Shown here piece after piece: positions 9,572 to 17,649 of a stretch of DNA of 64,000 nt. The notes under the pieces are model-generated. The model saw only the letters and a program-made list of their open reading frames with translations, was not told the DNA's origin and searched no databases. Origin of the DNA: an uncultured Verrucomicrobiae bacterium (lineage in GTDB: Bacteria; Verrucomicrobiota; Verrucomicrobiia; Limisphaerales; Palsa-1400); assembly GCA_963764165.1 (NCBI GenBank), contig CAVXRD010000002.1, positions 2,336,001 to 2,400,000 of the forward strand. The letters are read 5' to 3'. A program made the translations under genes and the position numbers. Within the stretch, counting starts at the first letter, position 1. The number at the start of each line of letters is the position of its first letter.

Positions 9572-10228
9572 ATGTCCTTTTTTGACCGTCAATATGAAGT
9601 GTTTGCTGTGCTTGGCGACCCAAAAGCCGAGCCGGCTTGGAGCGAGCCAAGATGGGAGCGCATCGCAGACATTTTCGACCCGATCGTCCAGAAGGCACGA
9701 GATCGTGCCGCCGTGCGCTCGACCCAATTGAGTATCGGGCCGGGATCTCCCAACCAACGGGCGATCTCATTTGGTCGTATCGGCTGGAACGCCCCAAGTC
9801 ACAAGAAGTGGGTTCACGCGGCCGCAAGGGGCGATAGAGCCGAGTTTATAAGCACAGAAGTGTGGGCGCCATCGTGGACCACCTGTGAACGGGAGGGCCG
9901 TGCTCCAGATGTTTACCTCGCGGTTCGTAATGAGCAGTCAGTTCCCGGAGAGCGAGTTGGTTTTAATCCTGGTTTCATATTTGCTTTAGCGCTCGACCAG
10001 GATAGTAAGATCGTTTCCCGTGGAAAACCAAGCGCTGAAGCCTTGGCCACTCTGCTCGGCTCCCTCCTTCGCGTGCGCTGTGTTCGGCCGTGGGGCTATC
10101 GGCATGGCGACGTTGGGTTTACCAGTGCGATTGGGGATTTATATGTTACAGGGCTATTCAAACCGGGGCCGCGAAATCAGCAACCACTTTCTCCGAATAT
10201 GTTGACGGGGCATTGGGAGGTGTTCTGA
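9572..10228 (+). CDS. Hypothetical protein (cassette-like cargo)
   Basis: 218-aa clean ORF between end motifs, followed by an attC-like hairpin. Confidence 0.7.
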   Translation: MSFFDRQYEVFAVLGDPKAEPAWSEPRWERIADIFDPIVQKARDRAAVRSTQLSIGPGSPNQRAISFGRIGWNAPSHKKWVHAAARGDRAEFISTEVWAPSWTTCEREGRAPDVYLAVRNEQSVPGERVGFNPGFIFALALDQDSKIVSRGKPSAEALATLLGSLLRVRCVRPWGYRHGDVGFTSAIGDLYVTGLFKPGPRNQQPLSPNMLTGHWEVF

Positions 10229-10312
10229 AGTCTTTGCAGCGAACGCGCTGGGTGCACCGGATTTCAAACCGGAGCAATTGACGGCGCGTCGTTGATCGTC
10301 ATCTTTAAGGCG
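10224..10312 (+). other. Degenerate attC-like imperfect inverted repeat
   Basis: CAGCGAACGCGC pairs with GCGCGTCGTTG leaving an extra base. Starts at the ORF stop codon. Core RYYYAAC/GTTRRRY boxes are decayed. Confidence 0.45.
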
Positions 10313-10386
10313 TTTCGATCTGATCCTTCATACGGTAACTTTGCCTTCGATGATCACCGTTTCAGCGTGCCAGTGTCAGTGCCAGT

Positions 10387-10555
10387 GTCAGTCCCCACTA
10401 TTTGCACTTTGGATTTGATATTGGGCACGGGGTGCAGGAGGGTCGCCGCATGCCGCGCCAATTGCGCCTGGAATATCGCGGGACGGTCTATGGGCAGTTG
10501 GCGCCTGTGTCGAACCTTTTGCGAAAAGCAAAAAGTGCAAAAAGTGAGGACTGAC
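10387..10555 (+). mobile_element. Non-autonomous mini-element: internally deleted REP-associated Y1 tyrosine transposase between outward-facing inverted end motifs
   Basis: ORF 10450-10554 reads MPRQLRLEYRGTVY-GQLAPVSNLLRKAKSAKSED, i.e. RAYT-like N- and C-termini. Inverted ends at 10387-10410 and 10531-10555. Confidence 0.7.
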
Positions 10556-10562
10556 GCGGAGA

Positions 10563-10766
10563 CTGACATGTCCTGGCGCGACATGTAGCCATACAGGTTG
10601 TGTAGCCTGCTGTACGGGGGGACTTGCATTAGGAACAGCAGGAATAATTGCCGCTAGTAGCTCAGGATTGTTGTCTTGGCTCAGCGGATCAATTCTTCTT
10701 GCGGGGCAAGCTGCGTTGACTTATGATTACGCCCAATGTATGGCAGGGTGTCAAGGTAAACCATAG
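10563..10766 (+). pseudogene. Headless Cys-rich hydrophobic C-terminal fragment resembling a polymorphic (Rhs-type) toxin tip
   Basis: Open frame with no start codon: TCPGATCSHTGCVACCTGGLALGTAGIIAASSSGLLSWLSGSILLAGQAALTYDYAQCMAGCQGKP*. Confidence 0.5.
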
Positions 10767-10786
10767 GTTTGATTTTTGACATTTGT

Positions 10787-11152
10787 ATGGATTCAACAAC
10801 GACTGCACGCGAAAGAGACCCAATGGGCCGCACCAAAATGTGGGGACTTGCTCTTTGTTTGTTGCCCATACTAATACAAACTTATTATGTGTGCTATAGA
10901 TGTTATAAAAGTGCCGTAGATGCCGCAAAGAGGGGTGGGCATTCGTTTTTCGGGGCGGGTGGAGGGGTGATGGAGACGGCTTTTCTCAGCTTGTCGTACG
11001 TCATCTTCTTGCTGGCTATAGGACTATATCTTATTTTGCTTTTGGCAGGTTTTAGCAAGAGCACCCGATTATACTGGACCGCATACATCGCAAGTAGTGT
11101 TTTACTACTAATCTGGATTTCCGTTGGAGTCATCGGTCTGTTGATAAAATGA
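10787..11152 (+). CDS. Small AT-rich 3-TM membrane protein (possible immunity protein)
   Basis: Three hydrophobic helices, directly after the toxin-like fragment. Confidence 0.6.
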   Translation: MDSTTTARERDPMGRTKMWGLALCLLPILIQTYYVCYRCYKSAVDAAKRGGHSFFGAGGGVMETAFLSLSYVIFLLAIGLYLILLLAGFSKSTRLYWTAYIASSVLLLIWISVGVIGLLIK

Positions 11153-11316
11153 ACTGGTACGAATCCATTTTGAAATCGTGTTTTCGTCAATTACGAAATC
11201 AAGAACCCATGTTCGATGCGGAAGGTGAAAACGAGCAATCTTTCCGATTCTTTCCAGAATTATTCGAAGCGCAGGCTAAAGCGCTCGCACTTTTAGAGTG
11301 CAGGTGTCATGCAGGT

Positions 11317-11339
11317 GTCACCCCTCACTTTTTGCACTT
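11317..11339 (-). repeat. End motif copy (AAGTGCAAAAAGTGAGGGGTGAC)
   Basis: Reverse-complement match to 10531-10555. Adjacent 11-bp tandem duplication. Confidence 0.8.
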
Positions 11340-11481
11340 AACGAGACCGGCTGGAATTTCGGCGGCTCCAAGACGATTTGCTGAATAGCCGGAAACCGGA
11401 GTCTCAGCCCGCTTTTAATCCCGCTCTTCTGATTCTCGGCGAATCCAATTCGGATCTCGTCTCAAATCCACAAAGCTTTCC

Positions 11482-11700
11482 TCATGCCTTATCCCGGGCA
11501 AGCCGCCGCTTTAGCTGCGAGGCCGTGAGAAACTTCCCTTTGCCACCTTTAACTTTGGCGAGACGTTTTTCCAGTATTTCGCCATGCCAAGCTGGCGATT
11601 CAAGTTGGTTGGGGTTTGAAGCGAGCGAGCGCCAAAGGAGCTCCATGGCTTCCAACCGCTCTGCCACACTCATGCGCTCGACTTCCGCTGATCCAATCAC
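11482..11700 (-). CDS. Orphan addiction module antitoxin (TIGR02574-like)
   Basis: MSVAERLEAMELLWRSL...SPAWHGEILEKRL. No intact toxin downstream. Confidence 0.8.
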   Translation of the reverse strand: MIGSAEVERMSVAERLEAMELLWRSLASNPNQLESPAWHGEILEKRLAKVKGGKGKFLTASQLKRRLARDKA

Positions 11701-11762
11701 GTCGAAAGGCTAGCTCCCCGGCGGCACGGCCGCATGTATGGGATTTTGTGTTTCTCTCGCCG

Positions 11763-12026
11763 GGGCGCATCTCAGTTTTTGTGAGGGCGGACTTCTGCCA
11801 AAAGCTCGGCAGGTCGACAAGTGATCGCTCTCACCCCGCCAAGCTTGGCGGGGAGAAAGAAGGAGAGATGGGCAACTCATTAGAAATCGGAGAGGCCAGG
11901 CGCATTGAGGGCCGATGGATTTCAGTCGTTGCCTAACCGCCCCTCTCCCTAACCCTCTCCCCGCTGCGCGGGGCGAGGGAATCCGCGATTCGTCGGCAAG
12001 GGATTGCCAATAAGTGAGATGCGCCC
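11763..12026. mobile_element. MITE with 12-bp TIRs and 9-bp target site duplication
   Basis: GGGCGCATCTCA / TGAGATGCGCCC. Perfect TSD ctctcgccg at 11754-11762 and 12027-12035. Internal CCCTCTCCC-type palindromes. Confidence 0.85.
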
Positions 12027-12177
12027 CTCTCGCCGGTGTCGTCGGTCAGCGCGTCGATTGAAAAATGGCGTTCATTTTAGGATGAATAATTTCAGAGACG
12101 TGATCTGAGGTCTAAAAAATATTCTGTTCATCCCGTACATCCTGTCAAAATTCCGCGAAAAACCCAGTTCAACTCGA

Positions 12178-14674
12178 TTGACAGGTATTCCTCGCGGACT
12201 TATAAAGCTCCGCGTCGTGCCGCGCCTGAAACACATTCTCTTCCTTTGCGTCACCGCTGCCGTGTCCCTTCTTGCAGGCGCTTCGCCCAGCGCCGCAGCC
12301 GAGACCATTTCCAATCTTCTCGCCAACACCCGAACTCTGCCGGGCTTTTTTCCGCTGTTTTGGGACACCAACAGTGGCCAGCTCTGGCTTGAAGTTTCCC
12401 ATCTCGACGAAGACTTCATCTATTACGACTCGCTTCCCGCCGGGTTCGGCTCCAGCGACTTGGGGCTGGATCGGGGGCGAGCTTGGGCGCGAACGCCTTT
12501 TGCGCTTTACCCGCGTCGGCAAGAAAATCCTTCTCATGGAATCCAACCTCGGCTTTCGCGCCACGGGAGGTTCGGCCGCCGAACAGCGCGCTGTTCACGA
12601 TTCCTTTCCGCAATCCGTCCTCGCGGGTTTCACTGTCGCTTGCGAGAACGCCTCGCATCCGGTTGTGGACGCCACCGGCTTTTTCCTGCGCGACATCCAC
12701 AATGTCGCATCCCGCCTCCGCGAAGCCAAACAAGGCAGCTTCAGCATTGACGATGCCCGCAGCGCCGTTTACATGCCGAACACGAAAAACTTTCCCAGCA
12801 ATACCGAAGTCGAATCTCTCTTGACCTTCACCGGCTCCGACGCTGGCCCTGTCTTGCGCAATTTGCTGACCGATCCCAACGCCTTTACTGTTCGCCTTCA
12901 TCATTCGTTTGTGGCCCTGCCGCCGCCGGGATACACTCCACGAGCCTTCGACCCGCGTGCCGGCTATTTTGATTTCGAATACGCGGATTATTCCGCGCCT
13001 CTTGGCGACTCCATCGCCCGCCGCTTTATCACCCGTCATCGCCTTGCCAAAAAAGATCCTTCCGCGGCGCGCAGCGAACCCGTTGCGCCCATTATTTACT
13101 ACCTTGATCCCGGCACGCCCGAACCCGTGCGCGGAGCCCTCCTCGATGGCGCCCGCTGGTGGAATCAGGCCTTCGAGGCCGCCGGATATATCAACGCTTT
13201 TCGCGTCGAAATGCTGCCCGATGACGCTGATCCCATGGACGCCCGTTACAATGTGATCGAATGGGTTCACCGCTACACGCGCGGCTGGTCTTACGGCAGC
13301 TCCATCACTGATCCGCGCACCGGCGAAATCATCAAAGGCGTCGTCACCCTGGGTTCCCTCCGCGTGCGCCAGGATTATTTGCTCGCCGAAGGACTCCTTG
13401 CTCCTTACGAAAGCGGCCAGCCGGCTTCGCCCGAAATGGCGAAATTGGCCCTCGCCCGCATGCGCCAGCTCGGCGCGCACGAAGTCGGACACACCCTCGG
13501 ACTTGCCCACAACTTCATTGCCAGCGCCTTTGACCGCGCGTCCGTCATGGATTATCCGCCGCCTTTTGCCCAATTGCGCCCCGATGGCTCTATCGATCTT
13601 TCGCAAGCCTACGCCACCGGCATCGGCGAATGGGACAAAGTCGCCATCGCCTACGGCTATCAGGATTTTCCATCCGGCACGGGTGAACCGAGCGCGCTGA
13701 CCGCAATTCTTGACTCTGCGCGCGCGCGCGGGTTGATTTTCCTCACCGATCAGGACGCCCGCCCGGCGGGCAGCGCCCATCCTCTCGTTCACCTTTGGGA
13801 CACGGGTACAAATGCCGTCGATGCGCTGCAAAAAATGCTCGCCCTGCGCCGCGCCGTCCTCGCCCGTTTCGGCGAAAACAACATCAAGCCCGGCGCGCCG
13901 CTGGCCACCATCGAAGACGTCCTTGTCCCCGCCTATTTGATGCACCGCTACCAGCTCGAAGCAGCGGCCAAATCCATCGCCGGCGTCACTTACACCTACG
14001 CCCTGCGCGGCGACGGCCAAATCCCGACCATACCCGTGCCGCCCGACGAACAACGCCGCGCTCTTAAAGCCATCCTCGGCTCGCTCGCGCCGAGCGAGCT
14101 CAAGATTCCCGATGCCGTGCGAAAACTTATTCCGCCGCGGCCCGAAGGCTTTGCTCGTCACGAGGATTTCGGCAACCACACCGGCGGAACGTTCGACGCC
14201 CTCGCCCCAGCCGAAGCCGCCGCTGAAATCGCTCTCCACGTCCTCCTCGATCCCACGCGCGCCGCCCGCCTGGTCGAACAGCACGCCCTCGACGCCGATC
14301 AACCCTCTCTAAACGATGTCGTCGACGCCATTCTCAACGCCACCTGGCTTCAAAGCGCGGGCGCCGATGAACTCGGCGAAATCCAACGGGCTGTCAACTA
14401 CATTACCCTACGCCACCTCATCGACCTTCTGGCGAATGCTTCCGCCACGCCCCAAACCAAGGCCATCCTTGCGGACAAGCTCGAATCGCTCGCCCGCCAA
14501 CTCCGCCACGCGAACCCTGCCCAATCGCCCGAGGCGCAGCGCCAGCATCTCTCTGAAGGCGCCCGCCTCATTGAAAATTACTTCGCCCATCCCGCCGAAT
14601 ACGTTCCGCTCCCCGCCGCTGCTGTGCCTCCCGGCCAACCCATAGGCTCCCTTTCCGACTGTGGCGCATGGTAA
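12178..14674 (+). pseudogene. Secreted zinc-dependent metalloprotease (DUF5117/DUF4953, EcxA-like) with a one-base frameshift
   Basis: Signal peptide and N-domain in frame 12178; HEVGHTLGLAHNF and SVMDYP in frame 12272. The frame switch is at the G5 run 12473-12477. Confidence 0.8.
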
Positions 14675-14850
14675 TGTCACCCATAATGTGGAACACCTCA
14701 TCCGCATGTTAAGTAGGACGATGTGACGTGACGCCTTGCGCTCTCGACACCGGATGCCGGAAAATGGGCGGCAACATTTCTTCCGAGAAATTTAACCGAA
14801 TGGCCTGCGCACCGAGACCAGGCTCTCCCCGAGCGAAGCTACGGGCGACA

Positions 14851-14888
14851 TGCGCAACCATTGCGCAGCAGTGAGCAACAAATGCGCG
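14851..14888. promoter_or_regulatory. Tandem enhancer-like palindromes (TGCGCA-N5-TGCGCA and a degenerate copy 21 bp away)
   Basis: tgcgcaaccattgcgca and tgagcaacaaatgcgcg, about 70-100 bp upstream of the sigma-54 box. Confidence 0.6.
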
Positions 14889-14951
14889 GAGTGAAGACCC
14901 CATCCGAGGCCGATTCCTGCGCGATTCATTCATTCTCAACGGCTTACACAG

Positions 14952-14969
14952 TTGGCCCGGCGGCTGCTA
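14952..14969 (+). promoter_or_regulatory. Sigma-54 (-24/-12) promoter
   Basis: TTGGCCCGGCGGCTGCTA: GG-N10-GC spacing upstream of the operon. Confidence 0.65.
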
Positions 14970-15048
14970 TATATGTGGCGACGTCACGTTCTTCGGTACG
15001 CAACTGAGCGTCGCCGAAACAGTTTAACCGGTAAAATTAACAGATTAT

Positions 15049-15591
15049 ATGAATGCATTGAAAAAAGCTCTAATCGCAGGCGGTTGCGCCGTTCTCCTGG
15101 CTTTGGGAACCAACACCGTCATGGCCCAAGGCAACAATGGCGGCGGCCGCGGCCGCGGCAATTACGATCCGGCCCAAATGAAAGCCGCCCGGCTGGACCG
15201 GACCAAGACTGAATTGGAAATCACGGATGACACCGAATGGAATGCCATCTCGCCAAAGGTCAGCAAGGTTTTTGATGCCCAAGGGGAAGTGTTTGCCAAT
15301 GCCATGCGCGGTGCTCGTGGCGGTGGAAACCGCCGCGGCGGAGGGGAAGACAATGCCCAGCGCCAGCCGCGCAATAACGGATTCGGCGGCGAACCGAGCG
15401 CAGCCGTCACGGCCCTCGAAAAGGCCATCGAAGACAAAGCGCCGACCGCTGAAATCAAGACCAAGCTGGCTGCAGTCCAAGCCGAGAACAAAGATAAAGT
15501 GGCCAAATTGCTTGCCGCCCAGGAGGAATTGCGCGGAGTTTTGACACCCCGCCAGGAAGCGATCGCGACGCTGCATGGTTTGCTGCAATGA
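15049..15591 (+). CDS. Secreted helical hypothetical protein, first gene of the secretion operon
   Basis: Signal peptide, Gly-rich linkers, helical LTPRQEA C-terminus. Confidence 0.75.
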   Translation: MNALKKALIAGGCAVLLALGTNTVMAQGNNGGGRGRGNYDPAQMKAARLDRTKTELEITDDTEWNAISPKVSKVFDAQGEVFANAMRGARGGGNRRGGGEDNAQRQPRNNGFGGEPSAAVTALEKAIEDKAPTAEIKTKLAAVQAENKDKVAKLLAAQEELRGVLTPRQEAIATLHGLLQ

Positions 15592-15666
15592 TTTGAAGGT
15601 GGCAGTGTCTAAGGACTGCAAATGTGTGGCGGCGTTCCCATGGTGCCGCCGCGCGAAATCAAAGGT

Positions 15667-17433
15667 ATGAACGAAAAAACAGTTGATAGCCCGTCCCAGT
15701 TGCTTGAACAGATGGTTGCCGCGCGGCAATTGTCTGCCACCGATGCTGCCATTCTCAATTCGCAAACGCGCTCCGGCGCGCAAAAGCAATTCACGGCCGA
15801 GGAAGATGTCCTCCAGTGGCTGGCCCATGAATATGGCCTCAGCTACACCACCCTGGAAAATGTCGAACCCGACCGCCAGTTGCTTTCACTTTTTCCCGCG
15901 CGCGTGCTCTTGAAGGAAGAATTGCTTCCGCTCCAGCGCGTCAACGGCGTGGTGGAAGTCGCCACCAGCCGGCTCTTTGCCACTCAAGGATTGGATACGC
16001 TCAAGACCTTGACTGGCCTGAAAATCAAGCCCGTCCTCGCCCCGACCGAAGCCATCCGCCGCGAAATGAAAGTCCGCCTCGGCGTCGGCGCGGACACCAT
16101 TGATACCCTCGATGACTCCGCTCCGCTGCAAGTGGTGGACGAAGATGGCGAGGATGATTCAAACCTTGAGAATGCCGCGGAAGACGCTTCGATCATCAAA
16201 TTCGTCAACCAAGTATTGACGGACGCGATTGAACTGCGCGCTTCCGATATTCACGTCGAGCCGTTCGAGGATGAGTTGCGCATTCGCTACCGCATTGACG
16301 GTGTGCTGCAGGAAATTCCCGTGCCGGCGGCCATCAAGCGCTTTCAACCGGCCATCGTCTCGCGCATCAAAATCCTGAGCCATTTGAACATCGCCGAAAA
16401 ACGGCTTCCGCAAGACGGTCGCATCAAGATCCGCCTCGCCAACAACGAGGTGGACATCCGCGTTTCGATCATCCCGATGCTGCACGGTGAAGCGATGGTG
16501 CTCCGCTTGCTGCGCCAGAAGGCAACGCTGCTGGGCGTTGAGCAGCTTGGCATGTCGGATGAAGTGGTGAAGGCGTTCAACGCCGTCCTGGAACTGCCGC
16601 ACGGAATTATACTTGTCACCGGCCCGACCGGTTCCGGCAAGACGTCCACCCTTTACACCGCGCTGGCGGCCATCAATGACGATATCCGCAAGATCATCAC
16701 CATTGAGGACCCGATTGAATACCAGATGCGCGGCATCAATCAGATTCAGGTCTCGGAAAAATCCGGGCTGACCTTCGCGCGCGGATTGCGCTCGGTGCTG
16801 CGCCATGATCCGGATGTGATTCTGGTCGGTGAAATTCGCGACCAGGAAACGGCGCAAATCGCCGTGCAAGCCTCGCTGACCGGCCACTTGGTTTTCTCCA
16901 CCCTGCACACGAACGACGCGCCCGGCGCATTGACGCGGCTGGTCGATATGAACGTCGAGCCCTATCTGGTTGCCTCCTCCCTGGAAGCCGTGCTCGCGCA
17001 GCGCCTTGTGCGGGTGCTCTGCAAGGACTGCAAGATTGAAGATACTTCCGCCACCACCGCCCTGCTGCGGGATCAAATGGGCATGCCCTCCAGCGTCAAA
17101 ATTTATCAGGGCGTCGGCTGCCCGAATTGCCGCAACACCGGTTATCATGGCCGGCACGCGATTTTTGAATGGATGGATTTGACGAGTGAAATCCGCCAGA
17201 TGGTTTTGAAAAACGCCTCGAGCGGCGAGATGCGCGAAGTCGCCGTCCGCAATGGCATGCACAGCTTGAGCGACGACGGCTGGCGCCTGATCGGCATGGG
17301 ACTGACCACGCCCCAGGAAATCATGCGCGTGGCCAAGGATCAATCGCTCCACGGTGGCCGCCCGAAACCCGCAGCCCCCGCAGCCGCGCCCGCGGAAACC
17401 GATTTCACCGTGAAAACCGCCAGAGTGGCTTAA
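15667..17433 (+). CDS. gspE: GspE/PulE family secretion ATPase
   Basis: ASDIHVEP, RLPQDGR, GPTGSGKT, TIEDPIE, LVGEIRD, STLHTND, and a tetracysteine motif. Confidence 0.95.
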   Translation: MNEKTVDSPSQLLEQMVAARQLSATDAAILNSQTRSGAQKQFTAEEDVLQWLAHEYGLSYTTLENVEPDRQLLSLFPARVLLKEELLPLQRVNGVVEVATSRLFATQGLDTLKTLTGLKIKPVLAPTEAIRREMKVRLGVGADTIDTLDDSAPLQVVDEDGEDDSNLENAAEDASIIKFVNQVLTDAIELRASDIHVEPFEDELRIRYRIDGVLQEIPVPAAIKRFQPAIVSRIKILSHLNIAEKRLPQDGRIKIRLANNEVDIRVSIIPMLHGEAMVLRLLRQKATLLGVEQLGMSDEVVKAFNAVLELPHGIILVTGPTGSGKTSTLYTALAAINDDIRKIITIEDPIEYQMRGINQIQVSEKSGLTFARGLRSVLRHDPDVILVGEIRDQETAQIAVQASLTGHLVFSTLHTNDAPGALTRLVDMNVEPYLVASSLEAVLAQRLVRVLCKDCKIEDTSATTALLRDQMGMPSSVKIYQGVGCPNCRNTGYHGRHAIFEWMDLTSEIRQMVLKNASSGEMREVAVRNGMHSLSDDGWRLIGMGLTTPQEIMRVAKDQSLHGGRPKPAAPAAAPAETDFTVKTARVA

Positions 17434-17476
17434 GACTATGCGCACCGCTGCCGGCCAAAAATTCGAAGCGACAAAG

Positions 17477-17630
17477 GTAGGGACGCCTCGCCGAGGCGTC
17501 CGGGGGCATTCGTCAATAAGAGCGCGCAAAAACTGGTTTGAGAGTTCGGATGAATCGACGAAGCCTTCGGAAGAATTGTCAGCGCCAACAAATTTTCAAG
17601 CCCCCGGACGCCTCGGCGAGGCGTCCCTAC
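17477..17630. repeat. 154-bp REP doublet between gspE and gspF
   Basis: GTAGGGACGCCTCGCCGAGGCGTCC...GGACGCCTCGGCGAGGCGTCCCTAC. The spacer is homologous to 19945-20098. Confidence 0.9.
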
Positions 17631-17649
17631 CTTTCATTTGCCAATAGGT

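Noticed and set aside
8274..11339. CRISPR array interpretation of the recurring 25-bp motif
   Set aside because: Spacing is irregular (0.1-0.9 kb), orientation is mixed, and there are no cas genes.
5245..12150. Short 8-10 bp tandem runs (ATGGGAR at ~5253, GTGCAAT at ~7806, CTCTGCG/CGCAGAG at ~7855-7953, CTTTGCG at ~8435, CATCCTGT at ~12125)
   Set aside because: Only 2-4 degenerate units each. They look like common intergenic short repeats and no function can be supported.
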